Shown here: piece by piece, positions 1 through 10,252 of the stretch
Layout of the letters: each line of letters starts with the position of its first letter
Numbering within the stretch: the first letter of the stretch is position 1
Assembly (NCBI GenBank): GCA_963667255.1
Contig: OY762940.1
Span: forward strand, 73,421-137,420
Direction of reading: 5' to 3'
DNA: 64,000 nt
Origin: Candidatus Cloacimonadota bacterium
GTDB lineage: Bacteria; Cloacimonadota; Cloacimonadia; G963667145
Program-made: the position numbers and the translations under genes
The notes under the pieces: model-generated
The model's input: the letters and a program-made list of their open reading frames with translations, nothing else
Databases searched by the model: none
Told to the model about the DNA's origin: nothing

Positions 1-333
1 CTATTGAGTGGCAAAGAATACAAATTTGACAATTCGTTCCAATTCTTAAAGAAGTCCTTGTCCAAATAGATGGTCTTAAAAATCGACAACACAAGCTTCT
101 CTTCTATCATCTCGCTGTGATTGTCAAAAAGACTTGCATTCAAATAAAAATAGTAGGCATCACGGTAGCGATCTTCGTAAAAAGAGTATTCGCCCAAACC
201 GAAATAATATTCAGCGGAGTGGGATAAATTGTCCGCCTTTTGCTGTAACTCAGGAATCGCCATCTCGCTGTCTGCTACCTCTATTTCCCGTGGTTCAACT
301 ATGCCTTTTTGATTTTGGGCACATGCAAACATC
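1..333 (-). CDS. Hypothetical protein, partial. The ORF runs off the window start. ATG at 333..331.
   Basis: Manual minus-strand translation from ATG 333 reads MFACAQNQKGIVEPREIEVADSEMAIPELQQKADNLSHSAEYYFGLGEYSFYEDRYRDAYYFYLN... with no stop before position 1. It is not in the ORF track because it is open-ended. Confidence 0.35.
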
Positions 334-373
334 AAAAAACAGCTAATAGACAGCCAAAAAAAATTAGAATGCA

Positions 374-1183
374 TTATTTGTAATCAATAGAATAAGTTAA
401 GAGAATCTCCCTGTTTACTTTTGAACTTTCGTTAGAATTGAACTCAGGAGCATTTACCAAAATATCGTTGAAGTTGACCTGCAAAGCCAAATTAGGTGTC
501 ACTTCCAGTTTCAAACCGGCGTTCAGATAACCTCTGCCTTTGCCCAAGAGATTTTTCTTGTCCGCTACATTCGACTTGTCGCTTTCGTAGTCGTTGATAC
601 CCACACTGTAATCAACCAGCAAATTGAGCTTATTTCCTATGGATTTATCAAAACCGAAGAAAATATCCAAATCTCTGTCTTCATCATTTTCCAAAGAGTA
701 GTTAGTTCCGAGAGACAGCCCCAAATTTCCCATAAAAAGGTAATTCTTGCTAAGCACCAAATAGATTCCCTTGGACTTGTAATCGTAGCGTTTGTAATCT
801 TTCCAATAACGACCGGAGCCTTGATTGTCAAATCCGAAAACAACAGCAGGATTTTTTTCGGTTTCGTCCATTATCCGATATTTAGCGGAAAAACCGATAA
901 TTTTTTGCCATTCAGGCTCTCTGTCTCCAACGACATTTTCTCCGGAAAAGCTAACACCAAACATAAAATACTGTACCAAACCGACATTCGCTCCGACCAT
1001 CAATCCGTCGTTTTTGAAAAGTTTGGAAGCGATTTCAGCTTCCCCTTTTTGCAAAATACCAGCGGTAGGAATACCGGCTAAACTTCTAATTTCTCTCGCA
1101 TTCAGACCCATAAAAATCGAACAAAAAACAGAAAATAAAATAATTTTTTTCATCAAAGTTTTCCCCTCTCTCAAATAACGCAT
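374..1183 (-). CDS. Hypothetical secreted protein, possibly an outer-membrane beta-barrel. The true start is likely the internal MKKIILFSV (~1153).
   Basis: ORF track 269 aa. N-terminal hydrophobic signal-like segment MKKIILFSVFCSIFMGLNA. Alternating-residue beta-rich composition. Confidence 0.45.
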   Translation of the reverse strand: MRYLREGKTLMKKIILFSVFCSIFMGLNAREIRSLAGIPTAGILQKGEAEIASKLFKNDGLMVGANVGLVQYFMFGVSFSGENVVGDREPEWQKIIGFSAKYRIMDETEKNPAVVFGFDNQGSGRYWKDYKRYDYKSKGIYLVLSKNYLFMGNLGLSLGTNYSLENDEDRDLDIFFGFDKSIGNKLNLLVDYSVGINDYESDKSNVADKKNLLGKGRGYLNAGLKLEVTPNLALQVNFNDILVNAPEFNSNESSKVNREILLTYSIDYK

Positions 1184-1186
1184 AAT

Positions 1187-2101
1187 TTACATCGCAAATT
1201 CATTGTCAATATAACTCAGAATTGTAGGCAAGTTGTTCTTTTCAGCAGATAATGTCAAATCAAACTTAATTTTTCTATACCAAGTAAGTTGTCGCTTGGC
1301 AAAGTTTCTGGAGTCCTGTTTGGCTTTTTCCACACACACCTGCAACGATGCTTTGCCCGCAAAATACGGCTCAAACTCCTTGTAGCCGACTGTGTTCAGC
1401 CCCGGTGTCCCCCAAGAATAACCTCGCTCCAACAAAGATTTTATTTCATCCAACAATCCAAGCTCCATCATCGTATCAAATCGCTTGTCAATTCTAGAGT
1501 AAAGCTCCGTCCTGTCTCGCTCCAACAAAATATTCACACATCTGAAATCGGTATCAGTTTCCACCTGTTCTTCCCAAAAAGAGGACAGAGGCTTCCCACA
1601 GCTAAAATAGACCAACAACGCTCTCTCAATCCTCGAAAAGTCGTTGGAATGCACCTTTGCCGCAATCTTCGGGTCAACCTCACATAACTTCTCATAGCGA
1701 TTTTTAATCTCGGACAATTCAGCTCGTGCATCATCGATAACCTCGGGAATATTGTTCAGCCCCTGCAAAAATGCCTTGATATAAAAGCCAGTTCCTCCGA
1801 CCAAGAGCGGAACTCTTCCCACATTATCCGCAACTATGGACTTCGCTCTTCTGACAAACTCACCAGCACTAAATCGCTCCCGCGGGTCTATCTCGCCAAC
1901 AAGAAAATGGCTCACGAGACTAAGTTCATCATCAGAAGGTTTTGCCGTCCCAATCTTCATTCCCTTGTAAATTTGTCTGGAATCGGCAGAGATGATATAG
2001 CCGTTTAGAGACTGAGCCAAACTCAAAGCCAAATCGCTCTTGCCTACGGCTGTAGGTCCTTGCAAAGCAATAAGTAATGGTTTCTTATTTTTGTTCAACA
2101 A
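1187..2101 (-). CDS. miaA: tRNA dimethylallyltransferase
   Basis: 304 aa. P-loop GPTAVGKS near the N-terminus and typical MiaA length. Sits immediately downstream of mutL (conserved mutL-miaA order). Confidence 0.9.
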   Translation of the reverse strand: MLNKNKKPLLIALQGPTAVGKSDLALSLAQSLNGYIISADSRQIYKGMKIGTAKPSDDELSLVSHFLVGEIDPRERFSAGEFVRRAKSIVADNVGRVPLLVGGTGFYIKAFLQGLNNIPEVIDDARAELSEIKNRYEKLCEVDPKIAAKVHSNDFSRIERALLVYFSCGKPLSSFWEEQVETDTDFRCVNILLERDRTELYSRIDKRFDTMMELGLLDEIKSLLERGYSWGTPGLNTVGYKEFEPYFAGKASLQVCVEKAKQDSRNFAKRQLTWYRKIKFDLTLSAEKNNLPTILSYIDNEFAM

Positions 2102-2104
2102 TTC

Positions 2105-3910
2105 CTAAGTTCTCTTGAATTTCTTTTCCAAATCAGCAATGGTAATCTTGGTGATAGTCGGTCTGCCGTGCGGACAAAAATACGGAACTTGAGTCGCAAA
2201 TAGCTCATTGATAAGGTGGAGCATCTGAATGCCCGACAACTTCTCTCCGGCTTTGATGGCAGCTTTGCAAGCGATACTGGCAGCCAAATTTTCCCGAAAA
2301 TCGCTCTTCCTCTTTAGTCGTTGCTCCAAATCCTCGAAGAAAGAGACAAAGAAATCGGCAGAATTCCAGTCCCTCAACTCCGACGGGACCTCTTGGATAA
2401 CCACGGAATTTCCGCTAAACTCCTTGATAAAAATGCCCACTTTCCCAAAATCATCAATATTTTCCCGCACAGTATCCTTCACACTTTCCGAGAGAAAAGA
2501 GGGCAAATCAACCACAATGGGAAAAGCCAATTTCTGCGTAACCACGGTAGCCCCGTTCAATCTCTGCAACACCCTCTCGTAAAGCACCCTCTCATGAGCA
2601 GCATGCTGGTCGATAGCCAACAATCCACTTTCGTCCTGAATAAAAATATAACTCTGATGCAACTGCCACGGATTGATAATGTTGAGTTCGGAATCGAGAG
2701 AAACCCTGACCGAAGAAACATCTTTCCCAGTTTCTTCCAAATCGTCATCTCCCATATTTCCACCAAAGATATCCAACTGCTCGGAAGCGACCGTTTGCGA
2801 TTTGTCCGTTTTCTTTTGCAAGCGGTTATACATCTGCTTTTCACTCTCCGCCAAAGGTGCAAGATTTTCCTTTACCCTCTCCTGCAACGCCTCGAACTTT
2901 TCTCTTTCCCATGCCAAATAAGCGGTGTTCACAGCCTTGTTTACGCAATTATATACGAGCGAAGTGTCCAAAAACCGCACTTCCTGTTTTGCCGGATGAA
3001 CATTGAAATCGACCAACTCCGCATCAATCTGCAAAAATAGAATGAACGGAGGAACTTTGTTTCCAAATTTTTTAATTGCCGGCTCGTAACCCTTGGCAAT
3101 TGCGTGAAAAATCAATGGATTTTTTACAAATCGACCGTTAATAAACAGATATTTCATATTCGGGAAAAGTTCCGAAGATTTCTCAAAATTGCCTATAAAC
3201 CCGCTCACTGTAACGGTTGGCTTTTCAAAAGAATCGACTGGGATAAACTCGGCATCGATAAATTTTTTCCCGAAAACCAACTCAACTCGCTTCAAGCTGT
3301 TTTTCATTGCAGGGTAGTCAAAAATCTTGCGGTCGTTGTGATATAGAACAAAGTGAATATCAGGATGAACGACAGTCTGACAGTGAAGATAGTTCAAAAT
3401 GTGGCGATACTCAACATCTGTCGATTTCAGGAATTTCCGTCGGGCAGGCAACTTCAGAAATAAACTGGTAACTTTGATGGTTGTGCCGTTCACACCGCTA
3501 CTTTTTTCCATCGCCTTCAGCACACCAAAATTGAAAATAATCTTGTTCGCCAACATCTCATCAGCGGTCTTGCTAACCATCTCCACTCTCGCCACAGAAG
3601 CGATGCTCGGTAGAGCCTCTCCTCTAAATCCCAAAGATTTAACCCTAAAAATGTCCGCTTCCGTCGCAATTTTGCTGGTGGCATGTCGCTCAAAAGCAAG
3701 CATCATATCTTGCGAATCCATCCCCTCACCATCATCAATAACCGTGACACCTCTCTTGCCGCCCATCAAAATCCGCACTTCGATGTTAGTCGCCTTGGCA
3801 TCGATAGAGTTCTCCACCAGTTCCTTCACAATGGAATAGGGTCGCTCGATGACCTCACCAGCAGCTATTTTGTTGGAAACTTGCTCGGACAGTATATTAA
3901 TTTTGCTCAT
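2105..3910 (-). CDS. mutL: DNA mismatch repair protein MutL
   Basis: 601 aa. N-terminal GHKL ATPase motifs (ELVENSIDA, VIDDGEGM). C-terminal dimerization domain. Confidence 0.9.
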   Translation of the reverse strand: MSKINILSEQVSNKIAAGEVIERPYSIVKELVENSIDAKATNIEVRILMGGKRGVTVIDDGEGMDSQDMMLAFERHATSKIATEADIFRVKSLGFRGEALPSIASVARVEMVSKTADEMLANKIIFNFGVLKAMEKSSGVNGTTIKVTSLFLKLPARRKFLKSTDVEYRHILNYLHCQTVVHPDIHFVLYHNDRKIFDYPAMKNSLKRVELVFGKKFIDAEFIPVDSFEKPTVTVSGFIGNFEKSSELFPNMKYLFINGRFVKNPLIFHAIAKGYEPAIKKFGNKVPPFILFLQIDAELVDFNVHPAKQEVRFLDTSLVYNCVNKAVNTAYLAWEREKFEALQERVKENLAPLAESEKQMYNRLQKKTDKSQTVASEQLDIFGGNMGDDDLEETGKDVSSVRVSLDSELNIINPWQLHQSYIFIQDESGLLAIDQHAAHERVLYERVLQRLNGATVVTQKLAFPIVVDLPSFLSESVKDTVRENIDDFGKVGIFIKEFSGNSVVIQEVPSELRDWNSADFFVSFFEDLEQRLKRKSDFRENLAASIACKAAIKAGEKLSGIQMLHLINELFATQVPYFCPHGRPTITKITIADLEKKFKRT

Positions 3911-4830
3911 TTCTTCATTTTATCCCTGGGATGATTTTTTTTGTAAATTTCCTTGATTTTGCTGAGACTGACATGCGTGTAAATCTCCGTCGTCGATAAG
4001 TTGGAATGCCCCAACATCTCTTGAACCGCTTTCAAATCTGCCCCCGCATCCAATAAGTGTGTCGCAAAAGAGTGACGAATGCTGTGCGGAGAACAGCCTT
4101 TGCTGTCAGCCACCAAGTCCAAATATCTGCCAATAATCTGTCTCAACTGGTCAGCATCCATCGGCAATCCACTCTTGGAAACAAACAAAACTTCCGTATC
4201 CCGAGGAGAGAAACTATCGCGGATTTTCAAATAATCGGACAGAGCCTGCAACGCAAATTTTCCCACAGGCACTATTCGCTGCTTATTGCCTTTTCCTATC
4301 AAATCTATCAACCCTTTTTTGAAATCTATCTGACCAATTGTGCAAGAAGCCACTTCCGAAATCCGCAGTCCACACGAATACATCAACTCCAAAATCGCCT
4401 TGTTGCGAATCCCAAATTTGTCATTATTTTCCGGAATGGACAACAGCCTTTCCATCTGATTTTTATCGAGAAAGACAGGCAAATGCGAACTGAATTTCGG
4501 CAACTTCATCCCCGCAACAAGATTGCTCTTGACCAGACCCTCTTTGAACATATAAGCATAAAAATCCTTAATCACCACCATTTTGTGCGACATCGACCTA
4601 TTGCTCAGTCCCTTCTGCATCGACTTGGCAAAATAAGCCTTCAACACAACCTTGCTCACCTTATCCAAATCCGCTTCATCTCCGAAGCCCTCTTTGATAA
4701 AACCGCTAAAATCTTTCAGTTCATTTTGATAAGAAGTGATGGTATTTTCCGCCATCTCTCTGGCTCTCATATAGTCCAAATATTTTTTAATTTTCATATC
4801 CAACATAACAAAAGAACTCTCTTTTATCAT
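3907..4830 (-). CDS. Tyrosine site-specific recombinase of the XerC/XerD family
   Basis: 307 aa. Catalytic R...HxxR...Y signature (SIRHSFATHLL, LGHSNLSTTEIYTHV). Start overlaps the mutL stop by 4 nt. Confidence 0.85.
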   Translation of the reverse strand: MIKESSFVMLDMKIKKYLDYMRAREMAENTITSYQNELKDFSGFIKEGFGDEADLDKVSKVVLKAYFAKSMQKGLSNRSMSHKMVVIKDFYAYMFKEGLVKSNLVAGMKLPKFSSHLPVFLDKNQMERLLSIPENNDKFGIRNKAILELMYSCGLRISEVASCTIGQIDFKKGLIDLIGKGNKQRIVPVGKFALQALSDYLKIRDSFSPRDTEVLFVSKSGLPMDADQLRQIIGRYLDLVADSKGCSPHSIRHSFATHLLDAGADLKAVQEMLGHSNLSTTEIYTHVSLSKIKEIYKKNHPRDKMKK

Positions 4831-4985
4831 CCATTCTAAGTCAAGGAAAAATTAGCTTATTAACCAAATCACAACAAAAATGTCAAGCAGAGTGTAACTC
4901 ACACAATTGACAAGAATTATCACTAATTTAAGGAAATTGCTTGCCTTATTTCTTACAACCAAAAAAATGTGAAACAAGAATATAA

Positions 4986-5062
4986 TCGGGGTGTGGCTCA
5001 GTCCGGTAGAGCACAGTGTTCGGGACGCTGGGGCCGTAGGTTCAAATCCTATCACCCCGACC
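4986..5062 (+). tRNA. tRNA-Pro (anticodon CGG)
   Basis: Cloverleaf: acceptor TCGGGGT/ACCCCGA, D-arm GCTCAGTCCGGTAGAGC, anticodon stem CAGTG/CGCTG with loop TTCGGGA, T-loop GGTTCAAATCC, then 3' CCA. Confidence 0.8.
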
Positions 5063-5104
5063 ATTTTTTTTTATACCCTTTATTTTATTAATGAACTATT
5101 TTAG

Positions 5105-6175
5105 ATGAATTTTAACAGAAACAACAAGAAGGTATTAGTTACAGGAGCTGCCGGCTTTATAGGTCTGCACCTGTGCCTGCGACTTCTCGACAAAGGATAC
5201 GAAGTTATCGGACTGGACAATATTAACAGCTATTACGCCGTTGAGCTAAAACACGGCAGATTAGCTGAGCTGGGAATCGAAGTTGACAAAATTCAGTGGA
5301 ACACTCTCATCTGTAGCAACTCTTTCCCCAACTTCAAATTCATCCAAGCCAATCTGGAAGACAAGACAACCATCGATAATCTCTTCTCAACCCAAAATTT
5401 CGACAACGCTTGTCATTTGGCGGCACAAGCTGGAGTTCGTTACAGCCTGATAAACCCCGATGCTTATATCCAAAGCAATATTGTGGGATTCTTGAATATT
5501 CTGGAGGCTTGCCGTCACCACAAAGTGAAAGCACTTACTTATGCAAGTTCATCGAGTGTTTACGGGATGAACGGAAAACAGCCGTTTTCCACCTCCGATA
5601 ATGTTGACCATCCCGTTTCCCTCTACGCTGCCAGCAAAAAAGCCAACGAGCTGATGGCACACACCTACTCTCATCTCTACAATCTCCCGACTACAGGATT
5701 GCGATTTTTCACTGTTTACGGACCTTGGGGCAGACCGGATATGGCACCTTTTTTATTCACAAAAGCCATCATCGAAGACAAACCCATTGATGTTTACAAT
5801 AGCGGAGATATGCAACGAGATTTCACCTACATCGACGATATCATCGAGGGTGTAATGAAAGTTATCGAAAGCCAGCCGAACGGAGCAAACCCCCAAAATC
5901 TTAATACTTCATCTTCTCTTGCCCCTTACAAAATTTACAACATCGGCAACAGTTCTCCCGTAAATCTAATGGATTTTATTTCGGCTATAGAGAAGAAACT
6001 GGACAAAAAAGCACAAATGAATTTCCTCCCTATGCAACCTGGAGATGTCCCTTCCACTTGGGCGGACACAAAAGATTTGGAAAAAGATTTTGATTATAAA
6101 CCAAATACAGATATTCAAACAGGTATCAACCATTTTATTGATTGGTATAAAGAGTTTTACAATATTTACGCTTAA
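5105..6175 (+). CDS. NAD-dependent epimerase/dehydratase of the UDP-glucuronate 4-epimerase type
   Basis: 356 aa. N-terminal Rossmann GxxGxxG (VTGAAGFIG). Catalytic YxxxK (YAASKKANE). Extended SDR length. Confidence 0.8.
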   Translation: MNFNRNNKKVLVTGAAGFIGLHLCLRLLDKGYEVIGLDNINSYYAVELKHGRLAELGIEVDKIQWNTLICSNSFPNFKFIQANLEDKTTIDNLFSTQNFDNACHLAAQAGVRYSLINPDAYIQSNIVGFLNILEACRHHKVKALTYASSSSVYGMNGKQPFSTSDNVDHPVSLYAASKKANELMAHTYSHLYNLPTTGLRFFTVYGPWGRPDMAPFLFTKAIIEDKPIDVYNSGDMQRDFTYIDDIIEGVMKVIESQPNGANPQNLNTSSSLAPYKIYNIGNSSPVNLMDFISAIEKKLDKKAQMNFLPMQPGDVPSTWADTKDLEKDFDYKPNTDIQTGINHFIDWYKEFYNIYA

Positions 6176-6206
6176 TAAAAACAAATAAATCAAAGGAGTT
6201 CTTATA

Positions 6207-7154
6207 ATGAAAGAATTAGTAGTAATTGCACTTGGTGGAAATGCCATCAAACAAGCTGGAGAAGAAGGCACAGACCAACAACAATTTACCAACATAGACA
6301 TCGCCTCCAAACAAATCGTGAAATTGAGCCAAGCTGGCTATAAGTTAGTAGTAACTCACGGCAACGGTCCTCAAGCAGGAAACCTTTTAATCCAACAAGA
6401 AGAAGGGAAATCTTTGGTTCCCGCTCTTCCTCTCAATGTTGTAGGCGGGATGACCCAAGGTCAAATAGGTTATATGTTCCAAAACAGACTGCAAAACAAT
6501 TTTAGTCTTGTAGGAAAAAATGTTTCCGCTGTATCTTTGGTAACTCAAGTTTTGGTAGATAAAGATGACCCTGATTTTAAAGACCCTTCTAAACCAGTTG
6601 GACCATTCTACACAAAAGAAGAGGCTGCTGACCTCAGAGACAATAAAGGCTATATCGTAAAAGAGGTTAAGCCCGGTGTAGAAAAAAGTTGGAGAAGAGT
6701 TGTGCCGTCTCCTGAGCCAAAAGACATCGTAGAAAAAGATGCTATTAACGCTCTTATCGCTTCAGGCGTTGTTACTATCGCTTGCGGTGGTGGTGGTATT
6801 CCTGTAAAACAAGACGGAAAGCAAATCATCGGAATCGAAGGCGTTATCGACAAAGACAAAACCGGTAATGTCCTCGCTCAGTCCGTTAACGCTGATGTTT
6901 TGATGATTTTGACAGATGTGGAAAACGCCCTTATCAACTACAACAAGCCTAACCAAAAAGCCGTTGGTTCCGTGACTGTCGATGAGATGCAAAAGCTTTT
7001 TGATGAAGGTCACTTCCTCGGTGGTTCTATGGGACCAAAAGTTGAAGCTGCTATGCGTTTCGTGAGAGCAACCGGTAAAAAAGCTATCATTACTTCTTTG
7101 GACAAAGCCGAAGACGCTCTTGCCGGCAAAACCGGAACAATCATTAGTTCGTAA
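6207..7154 (+). CDS. arcC: Carbamate kinase
   Basis: 315 aa. Amino-acid-kinase fold with N-terminal VIALGGNA and THGNGPQ motifs characteristic of carbamate kinase. Confidence 0.85.
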   Translation: MKELVVIALGGNAIKQAGEEGTDQQQFTNIDIASKQIVKLSQAGYKLVVTHGNGPQAGNLLIQQEEGKSLVPALPLNVVGGMTQGQIGYMFQNRLQNNFSLVGKNVSAVSLVTQVLVDKDDPDFKDPSKPVGPFYTKEEAADLRDNKGYIVKEVKPGVEKSWRRVVPSPEPKDIVEKDAINALIASGVVTIACGGGGIPVKQDGKQIIGIEGVIDKDKTGNVLAQSVNADVLMILTDVENALINYNKPNQKAVGSVTVDEMQKLFDEGHFLGGSMGPKVEAAMRFVRATGKKAIITSLDKAEDALAGKTGTIISS

Positions 7155-7165
7155 TTTTTAATCCA

Positions 7166-7200
7166 AAATAAAAAAGCTGAGTTTTTAACTCAGCTTTTTT
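7166..7200. terminator. Bidirectional rho-independent terminator between convergent arcC and a lipoprotein gene
   Basis: AAAAAAGCTGAGTTTTTAACTCAGCTTTTTTT. A perfect ~9-bp stem flanked by an A-run and a T-run. Confidence 0.7.
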
Positions 7201-7214
7201 TCTGCCCAAAATTT

Positions 7215-7739
7215 CTACAACTCTTGCAACGCCTTAACAACAGTATTTACAATCACAGAATAGTAAGCAAATTCACGATTTTCTTCAAATTTGCCAATGG
7301 AAGCCTTGAAAGTTCTGTAAGTATTCCCAGAGAATTTTTTCGCAGCAATTTCGGAATCGCCTTTCTTTACGATAAGTTCTATATCACAATCTACATCTGT
7401 TAACACTTTGGAACTGAAAGCGTGCAAGTTCCGATTTATCTTCAACTTCACAACCACTTCAAAATTAGAGTCTGCAGAATTTAATCCATTCTCTTCTAAT
7501 TTTCCAGAAATAAATTTCGAAAAATATTGTTCCAATTGATTTCTATTCAGACAATTATTCTCTTCAGGTTTGGTAGATTCTTCATCCTCAACTACAACCT
7601 CTTTCAAAACAAAAGTTTTCTCACTATTCGCAAACATCTGTTTTGCATCAGCAGAATTAAACGGATAATACGGCTTTTTGGTAGCACAACCAAACATTAA
7701 CACTGATGCAAAAACAAACAGCAACATTTTAATTTTCAT
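7215..7739 (-). CDS. Hypothetical lipoprotein
   Basis: 174 aa. Signal peptide plus lipobox (LMFGCATKK). Confidence 0.55.
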   Translation of the reverse strand: MKIKMLLFVFASVLMFGCATKKPYYPFNSADAKQMFANSEKTFVLKEVVVEDEESTKPEENNCLNRNQLEQYFSKFISGKLEENGLNSADSNFEVVVKLKINRNLHAFSSKVLTDVDCDIELIVKKGDSEIAAKKFSGNTYRTFKASIGKFEENREFAYYSVIVNTVVKALQEL

Positions 7740-7847
7740 TTTCTCTCCAACATCGTTTTCATTACTCTGAAATCATTCAAAAAATGTCAACACAATACAA
7801 CAAAAAAAGGCAACTTGAAAAAGTCGCCTTTGATATTTTCGTTTAAA

Positions 7848-9326
7848 TTAATCTTCCAAAAGACCTACATCTTTGTTGAATTGCTTGATTTTTTCATCCC
7901 AAAATTCCATGCAGTCAAATCTCTCATCCCAATAGTTCTCATCGAACCATTGAGCATTAATCTCTTCCACAGTCTTACCTTGTTGCTCTACCCAAGTGAA
8001 ATATTTAAGATTGTGCATTCTTCTCTTGTCAACATGCGTAAGCTCCATAGCGTATTCGGTGTCAAGTCCCATCAAAGAAGCCTTATAAGCAACAGCAGCA
8101 GCAACATTATCAAACTTGCCTTTCATCTCTGCTTGCTCTTTGAGGCGAGATTGATACATCTCCATAGAGTCTGTAGCAACTGTGAAAACGCAATCGTTTT
8201 CGTTCATCTCGTAGTATTTAGCCATCTTGATAGCACCCATCATATTAGCGATGCTGGAGATACCCAAAAGATGCAATTTGCCAATAAGGTCTTTGCTCAC
8301 GCCTTTGGCAGCAAGAAGTTTTTGACCTTCAGCCTCGTTGAATAGACGCATAATCTCCATATTAGCTTCATCGTCAATCCCAATAACCATATCAGTGCTC
8401 TTTAGATTGTGTATCCAAGGAACATGCTTGTCGCCGATACCCTCAATCTTGTGTCCACCAAATCCGTTCTCAAGCAAAGTAGGGCATTGCAAAGCCTCGC
8501 CTGCAGCCAATTTAACGGTCGGAGAATGATATTTTTTGAGATAATCTGCACAAGCAAGCGTGCCTGCAGAACCTTGAGTAAGGAAAACGCCAGCCAATCT
8601 TTGACCTTTGTCGGCATTCTTATCAAAAACCTCTTTCATCGCTCTACCGGTTACATTGTAATGCCACATACTATTGCCAAAATTCTCGAATTGGTTGAAG
8701 TTCAAAACAGCTTCGCCTCTCTCGGCAACCAACTCTTTAGCTTTATCATAAATCTCTTTCACATTGGATTCACAACCAGGTGTAGCAAAAACTTCAGCAC
8801 CAATCTTGCGAAGCCAATCAAATCTCTCTTGGCTCATCTCTTCGGGAAGGATAGCGATGGAGCTATATCCCAAAAGATAAGAATCGTAAGCACCACCACG
8901 GCAATAGTTACCAGTGGAAGGCCAAATAGCTTTTTGAGTAGTAGGGTCAAACTCGCCCATAGTCATAGCTTGGATAAGCGGACCGTAAGTTGCACCCACT
9001 TTGTGAGCTCCAGTCGGGAAGTATTTACCAACCAAAATGAAAATTCTGGCATCCACACCGGAAATAGCTTTTGGAATTTCCACGAAATTCACATCGCCAA
9101 ATCCTTTACCTTCGTGTTGAGGATCGGCAACCTCTTCGTTTTTCCAAGTGATACGGAACAAATTAGCAGGGTCCAAATCCCAAATAGACAAATCTTTCAA
9201 TTTATTTTTAATGCTTTGCGGGACAGTCTCGGGATTAATTTGTTGTGCCAAAGTCGGCAATATCACATTTCTCTTGCGACATTGCTCAACGGCGGTTTGA
9301 TAAACCTCTTTTTTGGTTTTAGCCAT
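7848..9326 (-). CDS. PLP-dependent enzyme with a tryptophan-synthase-beta-like fold (fold type II). Possibly related to OrtB (2-amino-4-ketopentanoate thiolase beta).
   Basis: 492 aa. PTGAHKVGATYG resembles the TrpB PLP-lysine motif HTGAHKIN seen in this window's trpB. No adjacent small OrtA-like partner gene. Confidence 0.5.
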   Translation of the reverse strand: MAKTKKEVYQTAVEQCRKRNVILPTLAQQINPETVPQSIKNKLKDLSIWDLDPANLFRITWKNEEVADPQHEGKGFGDVNFVEIPKAISGVDARIFILVGKYFPTGAHKVGATYGPLIQAMTMGEFDPTTQKAIWPSTGNYCRGGAYDSYLLGYSSIAILPEEMSQERFDWLRKIGAEVFATPGCESNVKEIYDKAKELVAERGEAVLNFNQFENFGNSMWHYNVTGRAMKEVFDKNADKGQRLAGVFLTQGSAGTLACADYLKKYHSPTVKLAAGEALQCPTLLENGFGGHKIEGIGDKHVPWIHNLKSTDMVIGIDDEANMEIMRLFNEAEGQKLLAAKGVSKDLIGKLHLLGISSIANMMGAIKMAKYYEMNENDCVFTVATDSMEMYQSRLKEQAEMKGKFDNVAAAVAYKASLMGLDTEYAMELTHVDKRRMHNLKYFTWVEQQGKTVEEINAQWFDENYWDERFDCMEFWDEKIKQFNKDVGLLED

Positions 9327-9361
9327 TTTCTAAATCTCCTTAAATTCATAAATATTTTAAA

Positions 9362-10231
9362 CTATTTTTTACAATCAACCCTAATTTGAGCTATAATAAT
9401 TCCTGTCAACATAAAAACGCAACCGATTAATTCTCTATCAGTTATGATTTCTCCCAAAATCAAAAATCCACCCAAAGCAGCAAATAATGTCTCAAAACTG
9501 AGAATAATCGCGGCCGAAGACGGCCCGACATTTTTCTGCCCTACTATCTGTAGCGTATAGGCAACTCCCACGGACATTATGCCTCCGTAAAGCAAAGGGA
9601 AAATACACTCCCGAACAGCACTGAGAGAAAAGCTCTCTAAAAACAGCGACAGCACCAAACTCAAAACAGCACAGAACGAATATTGCACCAAGCAAAACTC
9701 CAGAGATTCCACTTTCTGCAAAAAAATATCCACGCTGGCTACATGGAAGGCAAAAAAAATGGAACTGCAAAAAACCAAAAAATCTCCGAAATTTATCTCC
9801 CCGTCATAGCTACTCATACTCAGAAGATACAATCCCAAGAACGCAAGAAAACATCCAATCCAAACCTCTTTTCTCGCTCTCTGTCCCGTAAAAATCCCAA
9901 TTATCGGCACCAAAACAACATACAATCCTGTGATAAAACCGGTCTTGCCCGTAGTGGTATATTGGATGCCTATTTGTTGCAGAGTCGCACCGGAAAACAA
10001 AAAGAACCCGCCAATCAATCCATAGGTCAAATTCAGTTTCCCCAAAAGATTTGCTTTCTTGCCCCAAAAATAATAGACCACTGCCAAAAAAATCACACCC
10101 AGAGTAAAGCGAATCCCGTTAAAAGCAAAAGGAGACAAACTCTCTGTGCCGATTTTTTGAGCGACAAAGGCACTTCCCCAGATTAAAGCAGTAAGAAATA
10201 ACAGACCTTGAGAAAAATATTTATTCAGCAT
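9362..10231 (-). CDS. DMT-superfamily (EamA-like) transporter
   Basis: 289 aa. About 10 predicted TM helices in the two-EamA-repeat pattern. Confidence 0.75.
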   Translation of the reverse strand: MLNKYFSQGLLFLTALIWGSAFVAQKIGTESLSPFAFNGIRFTLGVIFLAVVYYFWGKKANLLGKLNLTYGLIGGFFLFSGATLQQIGIQYTTTGKTGFITGLYVVLVPIIGIFTGQRARKEVWIGCFLAFLGLYLLSMSSYDGEINFGDFLVFCSSIFFAFHVASVDIFLQKVESLEFCLVQYSFCAVLSLVLSLFLESFSLSAVRECIFPLLYGGIMSVGVAYTLQIVGQKNVGPSSAAIILSFETLFAALGGFLILGEIITDRELIGCVFMLTGIIIAQIRVDCKK

Positions 10232-10252
10232 AAGACAACTTGCAATCTGCGA

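Noticed and set aside
134-346. 70-aa plus-strand ORF at the window start.
   Set aside because: Low-complexity, basic product. It is antisense to a longer, more protein-like open frame (1-333 minus).
3907-5062. A tyrosine recombinase adjacent to tRNA-Pro looked like an integrase/attB arrangement marking a genomic island.
   Set aside because: The recombinase has XerC/D-like features and is translationally coupled to mutL-miaA, which are core genes. No direct repeat of the tRNA 3' end, no phage genes, and no compositional shift were seen on either side.
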